DNA of 64,000 nucleotides from NCBI GenBank assembly GCA_046293015.1, contig JBKBPU010000005.1:5372-69371 (forward strand), in the 5' to 3' direction. Below, piece after piece: positions 37,805 to 47,911 of the stretch (positions are counted from its first letter, which is position 1; each line of letters starts with the position of its first letter). The notes under the pieces are model-generated. The model searched no databases and was not told the DNA's origin. It saw only the letters and a program-made list of their open reading frames with translations. A program made the translations under genes and the position numbers. Origin of the DNA: Pseudobdellovibrio sp. Lineage in GTDB: Bacteria; Bdellovibrionota; Bdellovibrionia; Bdellovibrionales; Bdellovibrionaceae.

Positions 37805-38743
37805 CTAGTTATCCTCAAGTTCATAAGGTTGTATTTGTCTTGGGCCCTTGCGATCGGGATGTAGCTGGTAGTGATGTGCACAGTTTTTAGAACAAGTATC
37901 TTTTTTCCATTCAAGTTTAGCACAATCTTCGCATATGAATTCGTGAGTATCACAGCGTTTGCAATCGATAGGTGTATTACCGGGTTGTCCGCAGTGAGGG
38001 CATAAAGCATATTTTGTTGTGGGTTTTAGTTCCTGATCAACGGCTACACGATGATCGAAAACAAAACATTCGCCTACATAGTTCTTATTTGGATATTCTT
38101 TGAGGTAATTTAATATTCCACCGTGTAATTGATAGACATTTTTATATCCCATTTCGTTCAGTTCAAGAATACCTTTTTCACAGCGAATTCCACCTGTACA
38201 AAAAATCAAAACTTTTTGATCTTTAGAAATATTTTGTGATTCCATAAACTGAGGAAATTCTGTGAATTTTTCAGTGTTTGGATTAATGGCGCCTTTAAAT
38301 GTTCCGATTTTGTATTCGTACCAGTTGCGGGTATCAATAATGATTGGTTTTTCTTTTTCAATCACATCGTTCCATTCAGTTGGGGTCAAATGGTGATTAA
38401 TGCCCTCGGGGGGAACCATATCGGGAATTCCAAGTGTTACAATTTCTGGTCTTAATTTAACAACAAAACGTCTAAACGGAGCCTTGTTCGCTTCAGAATC
38501 TTTAAAATTCAGTTCGGTTAAATTAAATAAATTTAAAAGATCTTTTTTGAAGTTTTCAAGATCAGTTTTGGTTTTAGCGCTAACGGTAGAGTTAAAACCT
38601 TCTTGCGCTAAGATAATCAAACCCTTAATGTTATTTTTTAAAGCTAAGTTTTGGAAATCTTGTTTGGTCTTTTCAACATCTTGTATTGGGATAAATTTGT
38701 AATAAGTCGTGATAAAATACGAATTTGCTGCATTTTCTTGCAT
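37805..38743 (-). CDS. trhO: Rhodanese-domain tRNA uridine(34) hydroxylase (UPF0176)
   Basis: YYKF, GLIILAQEGFN, IDTRNWYE, GTFKGA, FCTGGIRCEK and GECFVFDHR motifs with a Cys-rich tail. Confidence 0.9.
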   Translation of the reverse strand: MQENAANSYFITTYYKFIPIQDVEKTKQDFQNLALKNNIKGLIILAQEGFNSTVSAKTKTDLENFKKDLLNLFNLTELNFKDSEANKAPFRRFVVKLRPEIVTLGIPDMVPPEGINHHLTPTEWNDVIEKEKPIIIDTRNWYEYKIGTFKGAINPNTEKFTEFPQFMESQNISKDQKVLIFCTGGIRCEKGILELNEMGYKNVYQLHGGILNYLKEYPNKNYVGECFVFDHRVAVDQELKPTTKYALCPHCGQPGNTPIDCKRCDTHEFICEDCAKLEWKKDTCSKNCAHHYQLHPDRKGPRQIQPYELEDN

Positions 38744-38893
38744 AAGAAACCCTTTCAGTTGTCAGCCGGGGGCTCCAAACCACCATGAGCCGAACGAGTT
38801 GTTTTAAAATTTAACCAATCTCTTAATTCTATCAGTCTTAAAGGTCAATACTGATTGAATAGAAATGAAAAAAAATCTATATTCTACCCATCT

Positions 38894-40525
38894 ATGTCAC
38901 AACCAACAAATACACCAAATCAGGCTCTCGTCAGTCTGCCAGATCAAAAAGAAATTCTACGTCGCAGAACATTTGCGATCATCTCACATCCGGATGCCGG
39001 TAAAACGACATTAACTGAAAAATTACTTTACCACGGCGGCGTCATTCATGAAGCTGGTGAGGTTAAGGGTAAATCTGGTACCAAAGCCGCAACTTCTGAC
39101 TGGATGGAGCTTGAAAAACAAAAAGGTATTTCAATTACCTCTTCGGTTATGACATTTGATTACAATCAATTACGTATTAATTTACTCGATACTCCGGGCC
39201 ATAAAGATTTCTCTGAAGATACATATCGCGTTTTAATGGCTGTTGAAAGCGCTTGCATGTTGATAGACGTCGCCAAGGGAGTCGAAGATCGAACCAAAAA
39301 ATTATATGATGTATGTCGTTATAGACAAATTCCTATTTTCACTTTCGTTAATAAGCTTGATCGTGAGGGTAAAGACCCTTTGACCTTGATTGATGAAATT
39401 GAAAAAACATTAAACATGCAATGTTACCCTGTGACATGGCCTTTGGGTATCGGTCAAAGATTTCGTGGTATTTATAACCGATTAACTAAAAAAGTTATTT
39501 TTTATGATCAACATCGTGAGGGTGATGAGTTTACTGAGCATGATTTTTCTGGGCCGCAAGATCCTATTTTAGATCAATATCTTGACCGCGAAACAGCGGC
39601 GCAAGTCAGAGACGAATTAGAGTTGATTGAAAGTGCTTTGCCTCCATTTGATGTTCAAGAATTTTTAGATGGCAAAATTTCTCCGGTTACTTTTGGATCA
39701 GCGAAGCAAAATTTTGGTGTGGATACATTTTTAAATTTCTTTACGCAATTCGCGCCAGGTCCGAAAGCTCGTGAAACAAAAACAGGAGTTAAAATCGATC
39801 CATTGGCGCAAAACTTTACAGGTTTTGTTTTTAAGATTCAGGCTAATATGGATCGTAGACATCGTGATCGTATTGCGTTTGTGCGCATTTGTTCTGGTAA
39901 GTTTGAGCGCGGTATGAAAGTTAATCACGCAAGACTCGAACGTGAGTTGCGTTTATCGTACTCAAGTCAATTTATAGCCGCTGATAAAGAAACAGTTGAT
40001 GTGGCCTATGCGGGTGATATCGTGGGCGTTGGTGACACAGGAAATTTTGCGATAGGTGATTGCGTATCAACTTCATCTAAAGTTAGTTTTGAAGATATTC
40101 CCAAATTTGCACCAGAATTATTTGCTAAACTATCTGTACGTGATGCGCTTAAAAGAACTAAAATGCAAGAAGCTCTTGTGCATCTTTCAGAAGAAGGTGC
40201 CATTCAGCTATTTGTAGACCCAGTTATTGGCAATCAAGAATATATTATTGGTGCTGTCGGTGAACTTCAGTTTGAAGTTCTTGTTCACAGACTTATGGAT
40301 GAGTATAACCTTGAAGTTAAATTAAATCGTTTACCTTTTTCAGTTGCGCGATGGCCGCGAACAGCTGAAGGTAAACCAGTCAGCCAACTTAAAGGTAATT
40401 TTAATTTATTTAAAGACATGATAGATCAGCCAGTTTTACTTTTAAATCAAGAGTGGGATTTAAACTGGGCACAAAAAGAAAATCCAGATATTGAATTCGC
40501 AACTTCGATTTCACGAGCACGCTAG
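38894..40525 (+). CDS. prfC: Peptide chain release factor 3
   Basis: RRRTFAIISHPDAGKTTLTEKLL, SDWMELEKQKGISITSSV and DTPGHKDFSEDTYR motifs. Confidence 0.97.
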   Translation: MSQPTNTPNQALVSLPDQKEILRRRTFAIISHPDAGKTTLTEKLLYHGGVIHEAGEVKGKSGTKAATSDWMELEKQKGISITSSVMTFDYNQLRINLLDTPGHKDFSEDTYRVLMAVESACMLIDVAKGVEDRTKKLYDVCRYRQIPIFTFVNKLDREGKDPLTLIDEIEKTLNMQCYPVTWPLGIGQRFRGIYNRLTKKVIFYDQHREGDEFTEHDFSGPQDPILDQYLDRETAAQVRDELELIESALPPFDVQEFLDGKISPVTFGSAKQNFGVDTFLNFFTQFAPGPKARETKTGVKIDPLAQNFTGFVFKIQANMDRRHRDRIAFVRICSGKFERGMKVNHARLERELRLSYSSQFIAADKETVDVAYAGDIVGVGDTGNFAIGDCVSTSSKVSFEDIPKFAPELFAKLSVRDALKRTKMQEALVHLSEEGAIQLFVDPVIGNQEYIIGAVGELQFEVLVHRLMDEYNLEVKLNRLPFSVARWPRTAEGKPVSQLKGNFNLFKDMIDQPVLLLNQEWDLNWAQKENPDIEFATSISRAR

Positions 40526-40573
40526 ATTAATTTTTGAGATTTTAATTCTTATCATAAAAGGAATAAAATAAAA

Positions 40574-41443
40574 ATGAAAGCTTTAGAGGTTATTGATCTT
40601 AAAAAAACTTATACCGATTTAAAAAATAAATCGATGCAAGTTAATGCTTTAAAAGGGCTTTCATTTTCAATTGAGCCAGGCGAAATTTTTGGTTTTCTTG
40701 GTCCCAATGGGGCTGGTAAAACGACACTAATATCGACAATTACAACTCTTGAAAAACCAACTTCTGGTGATGTTAAAGTTTTTGGCGAGAGTGTGTTACA
40801 TAATCCTTTAAAGACGAAACAAATGGTCGGTGTAGTCCATCAAGAAATTATCAACACGGGTTTTTTTGATGTTGTTGAAATTCTTGAATTTCAATCAGGT
40901 TATTACGGAATTCGAAATAACCATGATCGTATTCATTATTTGCTTGATCGCTTGTCACTGACTCCGCATAAAAATAAAAAAACAAAACAACTTTCTGGAG
41001 GAATGAAACGTCGTTTAATGATCGCAAAAGCCTTAGTTCATTCGCCTAAGTTGTTATTGCTTGATGAACCTACAGCGGGTGTAGATGTTGAATTACGAGA
41101 ATCATTATGGGTATTTGTGCAAGAACTGCAAAAAGAGGGGACATCTGTTTTGTTAACCACGCATTACCTTGAAGAAGCTGAAAATCTTTGCCATAGAATA
41201 GCCATTATTAATAAAGGTGAGTTAAATTTTTTAGGAACGCCTAAAGATGTTATTCAAAAATACTCGACTAAAAATATACAGTTTAAGTTTGTTAATGGTG
41301 AAACAAAAAACATTCATTGTTCGGCAGCTGCTACATTAGCTGATGTGTTACATAAGAACTCGATCGACATTCAACAAGTCGTAGACATATCAATGACTGA
41401 AGGGAAGCTTGAAGAAGCTTTTACGAAGGTGGTGAATAAATGA
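40574..41443 (+). CDS. ABC-2 transporter ATP-binding protein (YadG-like)
   Basis: GPNGAGKT, LSGGMKRR, LLDEPTAG and TTHY motifs. Confidence 0.92.
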   Translation: MKALEVIDLKKTYTDLKNKSMQVNALKGLSFSIEPGEIFGFLGPNGAGKTTLISTITTLEKPTSGDVKVFGESVLHNPLKTKQMVGVVHQEIINTGFFDVVEILEFQSGYYGIRNNHDRIHYLLDRLSLTPHKNKKTKQLSGGMKRRLMIAKALVHSPKLLLLDEPTAGVDVELRESLWVFVQELQKEGTSVLLTTHYLEEAENLCHRIAIINKGELNFLGTPKDVIQKYSTKNIQFKFVNGETKNIHCSAAATLADVLHKNSIDIQQVVDISMTEGKLEEAFTKVVNK

Positions 41444-42222
41444 TGAATCTAGTGAGTTTTACAACTCTTATTCAAAGAGAAATCAAACGCTTTTTGAAAG
41501 TGATCATTCAAACTGTTGTAAGCCCGATAATAAGTTCTTCTTTGTATTTGCTTATTTTTGGCGTTTCATTGGGCTCGAAAATGGATTTAAAAAATGGATT
41601 ACCGTATATTGCTTTTTTAATCCCTGGCTTAATGGTCATGGGATTAATCAATAACGCTTTTCAAAATTCGTCTTCGTCTATAGTCAATGCTAAGTTTTCT
41701 GGTGATTTAGAAGACTTGCGTGTTGCGCCAATTACGAATAATCAAATCGTTTGGGCTATGGGTATTGGTGGAATTATTCGTGGATCAGTTGTCGCAGGTA
41801 TTACTGGATTAGTGGGACTATTCTTTCAATATTTATTAACAGATTCAGTGATGATGATTCATCATCCATTTATGTTTATTAGTTTTTTGGTTTTGGGTGG
41901 ATTAATTTTCTCTTTTTGTGGAATTTTTGTAGCGTTCATTGCTAAAACATTTGATCAACTTAGTGCTTTTTCAACATTTATCTTGTTACCTCTGACTTAT
42001 CTTGGTGGCGTCTTTACGAGTATTGAGGGCTTGAGTCCATTTTGGCAAAAATTGTGTCATTTAAATCCTGTATTTTATTTGATCAATGGATTCAGATACT
42101 CGATTGTTGGGTTATCTGATGTCGATATTGGGTTAACATATGTTGTTACTATATTAGCGTTGTTTATAACATTTATGATGGCTAAGTATTCGTTAGCTAA
42201 AGGATCTTTTTCGCGCTGGTAA
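41440..42222 (+). CDS. ABC-2 transporter permease (YadH-like)
   Basis: REIKRF, YIAFLIPGL, NAFQNSSSS, LTYLGGVF and NPVFYLINGFRY motifs. Confidence 0.9.
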   Translation: MMNLVSFTTLIQREIKRFLKVIIQTVVSPIISSSLYLLIFGVSLGSKMDLKNGLPYIAFLIPGLMVMGLINNAFQNSSSSIVNAKFSGDLEDLRVAPITNNQIVWAMGIGGIIRGSVVAGITGLVGLFFQYLLTDSVMMIHHPFMFISFLVLGGLIFSFCGIFVAFIAKTFDQLSAFSTFILLPLTYLGGVFTSIEGLSPFWQKLCHLNPVFYLINGFRYSIVGLSDVDIGLTYVVTILALFITFMMAKYSLAKGSFSRW

Positions 42223-42251
42223 TTTAGACGCTTATTTTAAAGGAAGTATTT

Positions 42252-43619
42252 ATGATTTTTGAGGGTTTGTCAGATAAAATTTTAGGTTCGATCAAAAAAC
42301 TTAAAGGCCAAAATAAAATTTCTGAATCAAATATTGAAGACGCAATTAAAGAAATTCGTTTAAGTTTATTGGAAGCAGATGTTCATTTTAAAGTTGTTAA
42401 AAATTTTATAGACCGAGTAAAGGCTAAAGCGCTAGGTGCTGAAGTCATCCAAAACGTAAATCCGGGCCAAATGTTTGTAAAAATTGTTCACGATGAACTG
42501 GTGCAAACTCTTGGTGGGGATAAAGTTGATGTCAATGTTCGTGAAAAACTATCTGTTTTGATGATGGTGGGTCTTCAAGGTGCTGGTAAAACAACAACAA
42601 CAGCAAAGTTAGGTCTCTATATTAGACAAAAGCTTGGCAAAAAAGTTGGTTTTGTTCCTGTCGATGTTTATCGGCCTGCGGCTATAGATCAATTACAAAC
42701 ACTCGCTAAACAAAACAATGTACTCTGCTATCCTTCAAAAGTAGGCGATAAGCCAGTCGATATTTTAACTGCTGCATTAAAATGGGCTGAACAAGAAATG
42801 ATTGATGTTTTGATTGTGGATACAGCTGGACGCTTACAAATTGATGAAGAACTCATGAACGAATTAGCGGATCTTAAAAAAGTTGTTACACCGACTGAAA
42901 TACTACTCGTTGCAGATGCAATGCTAGGACAGCAATCTGTGAACGTAGCAGAAGCATTTCACCAGAAACTAAATCTAACAGGTTTAGTTTTAACTAAAGT
43001 TGATGGTGATGCTCGTGGTGGTGCTGCTTTATCTATTCGTGAAGTTACAGGATTACCGATTAAATTTTTAGGTTTAGGAGAAAAAGTCTCGGCTTTAGAA
43101 GTGTTTCACCCGGATCGACTCGCTGGACGAATTCTTGATATGGGTGATGTGCTGACTTTGGTTGAACGAGCTCAAGAGGTTATTGATCATAAAGAAGCTG
43201 AGCAGTCTGCGAAAAAAATGATGAACAATGAATTCACTCTTGAAGATTTTCTATTACAAATTCAACAAATGAAAAAACTTGGTGGAATAGAAACAATGTT
43301 GAAATTTCTACCTGGTATGGGTGAGCTCACAAAACAAATGAAGAATATGACCCCGCCGGACAATGAAGTTAAAAAGATTGAAGCCATTATTAGATCTATG
43401 ACTGCTCAAGAAAGACGTGATCATCGAGTCCTTAATGGCTCTAGGCGTCAAAGAATTGCTAAAGGCTCTGGAACTCAAGTTCAAGATGTTAATAAATTAA
43501 TTAAACAATTCGAAGATGCTAAAAAGATGATGAGTGGACTCATGAAGATGGGCATGGGTAAAGGCGGACCATTCGGCGGAATGGGTGGTGGTAGAGGAAT
43601 GGGATTTCCATTTCGCTAG
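42252..43619 (+). CDS. ffh: Signal recognition particle protein
   Basis: LLEADV, GLQGAGKTT, DTAGR, TKVDGDARGG, and an M domain with RRQRIAKGSG. Confidence 0.98.
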   Translation: MIFEGLSDKILGSIKKLKGQNKISESNIEDAIKEIRLSLLEADVHFKVVKNFIDRVKAKALGAEVIQNVNPGQMFVKIVHDELVQTLGGDKVDVNVREKLSVLMMVGLQGAGKTTTTAKLGLYIRQKLGKKVGFVPVDVYRPAAIDQLQTLAKQNNVLCYPSKVGDKPVDILTAALKWAEQEMIDVLIVDTAGRLQIDEELMNELADLKKVVTPTEILLVADAMLGQQSVNVAEAFHQKLNLTGLVLTKVDGDARGGAALSIREVTGLPIKFLGLGEKVSALEVFHPDRLAGRILDMGDVLTLVERAQEVIDHKEAEQSAKKMMNNEFTLEDFLLQIQQMKKLGGIETMLKFLPGMGELTKQMKNMTPPDNEVKKIEAIIRSMTAQERRDHRVLNGSRRQRIAKGSGTQVQDVNKLIKQFEDAKKMMSGLMKMGMGKGGPFGGMGGGRGMGFPFR

Positions 43620-43836
43620 CCTTAAATAATTAATATTAGAGGTGTTTTAAGCGTGTTTGCTTGAAAACCCTTCACGAAATCAATTTTTAATACAAAAAGG
43701 TTGATCTCTGAACAGTTACGATATAAAAACTTAGTCTTTGATTAAGACTATATGACTTAATTATCAAATGATTCGAATGACGTTGTTATTAAAATGTCAT
43801 TACGATCTATGAAGTCATACAGAAGGAAAGGTAAAC

Positions 43837-44136
43837 ATGGTTGTTATTCGTCTAGCACGCGTTGGAGCTAAACATGATCCTAAATACAGAATCACAGTGG
43901 CAGATTCTCGCCGTTATGTGACTGGTAAATTCATTGAAGTTTTAGGAACATACATTCCAACCCCACAAGGTAAACAACAAAAAGTAGTTTTAAACGTTGA
44001 AAAAGCTAAAGAATGGTTAACAAAAGGTGCACAACCTTCTGAAACTGTCAGACACGTATTAAAACTTGGCGGATTGGCTTTACCAGCTCGTAAAAAATCA
44101 GCTCCTAAAACTAAGACAAAAGCTAAAAAAGCCTAA
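43837..44136 (+). CDS. rpsP: 30S ribosomal protein S16
   Basis: MVVIRLARVGAKHDPKYRITVADSR…GAQPSETV. Confidence 0.97.
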   Translation: MVVIRLARVGAKHDPKYRITVADSRRYVTGKFIEVLGTYIPTPQGKQQKVVLNVEKAKEWLTKGAQPSETVRHVLKLGGLALPARKKSAPKTKTKAKKA

Positions 44137-44241
44137 TTCTTAAAAGATTTAGTTGATCATTTAGTGTTTTTTTGTTTAATTCTAGATGAACAACAAATAA
44201 ACTAGATCGGTAGACTGGAATTTGGTTTTTGTGGAGGGAAA

Positions 44242-44481
44242 ATGGATAATTTAAAAGAGCTTGTTGAACATATGGCAAAATCTTTAGTTGATAAGCCTGA
44301 CAATGTAGCCGTAGATGAAATACCTGGACAGCAAACAACTTTATTGGCTTTAAAAGTAGATAAAGAAGATTTAGGTAAAGTTATCGGTAAACAAGGTAAA
44401 ACAGCTGCAGCAATGCGCACAATTATCAGAGCCGCGGGAACTAAATTAAATAAAAGATATCATTTAGATATAGTTGAATAG
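44242..44481 (+). CDS. khpA: KH-domain RNA-binding protein
   Basis: DLGKVIGKQGKTAAAMRTII GxxG motif; located after rpsP. Confidence 0.93.
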   Translation: MDNLKELVEHMAKSLVDKPDNVAVDEIPGQQTTLLALKVDKEDLGKVIGKQGKTAAAMRTIIRAAGTKLNKRYHLDIVE

Positions 44482-44510
44482 TTCTGGTTTTAGTTCTATT
44501 AAAATTCTAA

Positions 44511-44546
44511 AAATAAAAAAGGAGTCTCAAGACTCCTTTTTTATTT
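44511..44546 (+). terminator. Intrinsic terminator-like hairpin between khpA and rimM
   Basis: AAATAAAAAAGGAGTC-tcaa-GACTCCTTTTTTATTT. Confidence 0.75.
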
Positions 44547-44572
44547 TAATTGCATTAACATAAGGTCCAAGA

Positions 44573-45085
44573 GTGGAAAATATGAGTTTACGTCAGGTAG
44601 GAAAGGTTAAAGCTGCGCACGGGTTAAGTGGGGAGCTTTTTATTATATTCTTTTCAAAAGACTATTCTTGGATTGGCGAGATCGAAACTATAATTATTTT
44701 AAATAAAGCCTACTCCGTACTGAAAATTGCAGAACATAAAGATGGTTTGAAAGTTAAAGTTAAAGGTGTAAGTGACAGAAATCATTCGGAATCCCTAATT
44801 GGTTTGCCGATTTATTTACCGGAAGATTTTTTTGAATCCGAAGATGGAGATAGTCTCTACTTGGCAGAGATAGAGGGCTTTCTGGTCATCGATACTATAC
44901 GTGGAGAATTAGGTTTGATTAAAGGTTTTTCGTCAAATAAGGCTCAAGATCTTTTGCTTGTAAGTTATAACGAAAAATTGATAGAAATACCTTTTGTGCA
45001 GGCTTTTGTTGAAGATATTAATCATGATAAAAAGGTTATTTTGATGAATCTTCCTGAAGGTTTAATCGAAATCAACGATGAGTAG
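44573..45085 (+). CDS. rimM: Ribosome maturation factor RimM
   Basis: VGKVKAAHGLSGE and LIEIPFVQAFV…LPEGL motifs; operon position. Confidence 0.92.
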   Translation: MENMSLRQVGKVKAAHGLSGELFIIFFSKDYSWIGEIETIIILNKAYSVLKIAEHKDGLKVKVKGVSDRNHSESLIGLPIYLPEDFFESEDGDSLYLAEIEGFLVIDTIRGELGLIKGFSSNKAQDLLLVSYNEKLIEIPFVQAFVEDINHDKKVILMNLPEGLIEINDE

Positions 45086-45088
45086 GTT

Positions 45089-45928
45089 TTGGTGAAGATA
45101 ACTTATTTAACCCTATTTCCTGAACTTATACAGAATTACTTAAATGAATCATTTATTAAAAAAGCGCAACAAATAAATGCTTTAAAATGTGACGTTATTA
45201 ATATAAGAGATTATAGCGATAACAATTATAAATCTGTAGATGATAAACCTTTTGGTGGTGGGGATGGTTTGATTTTACGAAAAGATGTTGCTGACCACAT
45301 GTATCAACAGATCGCAAGTACTTCATGTAAAAATAAATTGTCACTTTATGCGTCTCCGCAGGGACGAAAGCTAGATCACAATTTTTTAATTGAGTTATTA
45401 AAATATGACGAAATCATTATTCTAAGTGGACGTTATGGTGGTGTTGATCAACGAATTATCAACCAATATATTGATATTGAATTCTCAATTGGTGATTTTG
45501 TTTTAAATGGTGGTGAATTGCCAGCCCTGGCTTTAACTGAGGGGCTTGTGCGATTGATACCTGGTGTTTTGGGAGATTTTAATTCGGCAGTCAAAGATTC
45601 ATTTTATAATGGGTTATTGGAATGCCCTCAGTTTACAAAGCCAGCTCAAAGGCAAAATGAACAAAGTGTTCCAGATATTCTAAGATCAGGTCATCATCAG
45701 GAAATTTTAATATGGAATAAAGCAATTTCTATGATTGTGACATATGCTAAAAGACCTGATTTGTTTTTTGCTTATTTGGACAATAACGCTATGAATGAAA
45801 AAGATATAAATATCATTATTAAAACGCTTAACAATTTATCGGATATGGACATAGAAACACTGGGTTTGCAAAAAAATATATTAATAGACTTTGTAAATAA
45901 GTTGAAGGAGTCATTTTGTGAAACGTAA
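45089..45928 (+). CDS. trmD: tRNA (guanine37-N1)-methyltransferase
   Basis: TLFPE, VDDKPFGGG, SPQG, GRYGGVDQR, FSIGDFVLNGGELPA and VPDILRSGHH motifs. Confidence 0.95.
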   Translation: MVKITYLTLFPELIQNYLNESFIKKAQQINALKCDVINIRDYSDNNYKSVDDKPFGGGDGLILRKDVADHMYQQIASTSCKNKLSLYASPQGRKLDHNFLIELLKYDEIIILSGRYGGVDQRIINQYIDIEFSIGDFVLNGGELPALALTEGLVRLIPGVLGDFNSAVKDSFYNGLLECPQFTKPAQRQNEQSVPDILRSGHHQEILIWNKAISMIVTYAKRPDLFFAYLDNNAMNEKDINIIIKTLNNLSDMDIETLGLQKNILIDFVNKLKESFCET

Positions 45929-46490
45929 AGCCCCTTTGGCTGTAGCCCTTGTACACTATCCAATTGTTGATCGTCAGGGTGATATTTGTGCAACTAATAT
46001 TACGAATTTCGATATTCATGATATTGCGAGATCCTGTCGTGTTTATGGGGTTGAGAAATATTTTTTGATACACCCTGCACAAGAGCAATTAATGTTTGTC
46101 GAGCGCGTGTTAGATCATTGGCGAACCGGCGAGGGTTCTCGTATGAATCCAATGAGAAAAACAGCATTGACTGACGTCAAAACTGCTCCGGATGTAGCAA
46201 CTGCGTTAAAAGATTGGGGTTATCCTGAGGCGCGTATTGTTTCAACGCATGCTCGCAACTTGCCTGGGCAGGAAAAATTTACCTTTGAACGCTTTAAAAG
46301 CATACTTCAGTCTGATTCTGACCCTTATTTGCTCGTGTTTGGAACAGGTTTTGGTTTAACTCAGGATTTTATGAGAGGCTGCTACGCAGTTTTAGATCCA
46401 ATTAAAGGGGATTCTAAGGACGATTACAGACATTTATGCGTGCGAGCAGCTGCAAGTATCTGTCTTGACCGATTGCTTGGATCGTGGTAA
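45918..46490 (+). CDS. SPOUT-class SAM-dependent RNA methyltransferase (type found fused to or beside TrmD)
   Basis: ALVHYPIVD, TNITNFDIHDIAR, LLVFGTGFGL and YRHLCVRAAASICLDRLLG motifs. Confidence 0.85.
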   Translation: MKRKAPLAVALVHYPIVDRQGDICATNITNFDIHDIARSCRVYGVEKYFLIHPAQEQLMFVERVLDHWRTGEGSRMNPMRKTALTDVKTAPDVATALKDWGYPEARIVSTHARNLPGQEKFTFERFKSILQSDSDPYLLVFGTGFGLTQDFMRGCYAVLDPIKGDSKDDYRHLCVRAAASICLDRLLGSW

Positions 46491-46535
46491 CACAATATGT
46501 CTTTGGAATAGGTTATTAAACAATAGGATAATATA

Positions 46536-46964
46536 ATGGCAAAAGCGACAACTAAAAAAATTAAAAAAGCGACAACTAGCAAAGCATCTTCTAACGCAAA
46601 AGAAACTAACCTTGTACGTCGTGTAACTAAAAAAGCATCTAACCCTAAAATCGCAGCTTTCTCTCCTGGTGATACTGTTAACGTTTACGTTAAAGTAATT
46701 GAAGGCGAAAAAGAACGTGTTCAGTTATACAAAGGTGTTGTAACTAAAATTCAAGGTCATTCGCAAAAAACTTTTACAGTTCGCAAGATCTCTGCGGGGG
46801 TTGGTGTTGAAAGAACTTTTCCATTCACATCACCAGCTATTGAGTCTGTTGAGTTAGTGGCTCACGGTAAAGTACGTCGTGCTAAACTTTACTACTTAAG
46901 AAAATTAGATGGTAAAGCAGCTCGTATCGAGTCTGAATTAGCTTCAGCTTCTGATGTCAAATAA
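46536..46964 (+). CDS. rplS: 50S ribosomal protein L19
   Basis: [33 protein letters not shown] and [12 protein letters not shown] motifs. Confidence 0.97.
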   Translation: MAKATTKKIKKATTSKASSNAKETNLVRRVTKKASNPKIAAFSPGDTVNVYVKVIEGEKERVQLYKGVVTKIQGHSQKTFTVRKISAGVGVERTFPFTSPAIESVELVAHGKVRRAKLYYLRKLDGKAARIESELASASDVK

Positions 46965-47583
46965 TATTTCATTTGATTTAGTAAAAATTAATAAATTGCC
47001 ACGACCACATATCGGTATAGATGAAGTAGGTCGTGGATGCCTCGCCGGACCAGTATGTGCCGGCGTTGTTATTTTGGATGAAAAGAATCCATTTGACCAT
47101 TATCAAGACTCAAAATCACTATCTGAAGAAAATCGTCATGTCTTATCTGAGGATATAAAAAACAATCATTATTGGGCATTAGGGTGGGCGAGTGTTGTCG
47201 AGGTTGATAATATCAATATTCGTCAAGCAACATTCTTGGCAATGAGCCGGGCAATTGAAAGTTTAGTTGTAAAATATGATCTTAAAAAAGAAGGAACTCT
47301 ATTAATTGATGGGCGAGATGTTGTTCCGAATATTAAATCATTTGAGCAGTTAGCTATTGTAAAAGGTGATCAGCATCTGAGAAGCATTTCTGCAGCTTCT
47401 ATAATTGCAAAAGTCGCTCGTGATGAGCTGATGAGAACAATAGCTCAGGAGTTTCCCTATTACGGATTTGAAAAACATAAAGGGTATGGCACAGAATTAC
47501 ATCGTGAAGCCATTGCCAAATTTAAACCTACAATTCATCATCGAAAAACATTTGGTGGGGTCAAAGAATATATCTCAACGTAA
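46954..47583 (+). CDS. rnhB: Ribonuclease HII
   Basis: [19 protein letters not shown] and [10 protein letters not shown]…HKGYGT motifs. Confidence 0.95.
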   Translation: MSNNISFDLVKINKLPRPHIGIDEVGRGCLAGPVCAGVVILDEKNPFDHYQDSKSLSEENRHVLSEDIKNNHYWALGWASVVEVDNINIRQATFLAMSRAIESLVVKYDLKKEGTLLIDGRDVVPNIKSFEQLAIVKGDQHLRSISAASIIAKVARDELMRTIAQEFPYYGFEKHKGYGTELHREAIAKFKPTIHHRKTFGGVKEYIST

Positions 47584-47902
47584 AGGTTTTTGGTCGGAAT
47601 ATGTTGTTATTCAGTTATTAACGGCAAAAAAATGGGAGCTGATCGGTTGGAGATCTACTCTTGATAAGATCGAAGTCGATCTTATCTTTAAAAAGAAAAA
47701 TACATTACTTATGGCAGAGGTTAAATTTTTAAGTTCGGATTGGAATATTTTCGAACGTATTAAACCGCAGCAGATAGGTCGATTAAAAAAAGCATATATG
47801 AAATTGAGGTTTGAAAAGGCAGATTACGAAATTTTATCGTATGTATTCTATGTTAATAAGCATGCAAAAGTAAAATTCATCAGTTTAAGCGACATCGACT
47901 AA
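47468..47902 (+). CDS. yraN: YraN (UPF0102) family endonuclease-fold protein
   Basis: EVDLIF…AEVK PD-(D/E)xK pattern after rnhB. The true start is probably ~47552-47555. Confidence 0.7.
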   Translation: MKNIKGMAQNYIVKPLPNLNLQFIIEKHLVGSKNISQRKGFWSEYVVIQLLTAKKWELIGWRSTLDKIEVDLIFKKKNTLLMAEVKFLSSDWNIFERIKPQQIGRLKKAYMKLRFEKADYEILSYVFYVNKHAKVKFISLSDID

Positions 47903-47911
47903 TTAAGAAAA

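Noticed and set aside
43620-43836. SRP (4.5S) RNA next to ffh
   Set aside because: The conserved GC-rich SRP helix-8 motif is absent and the region is AT-rich.
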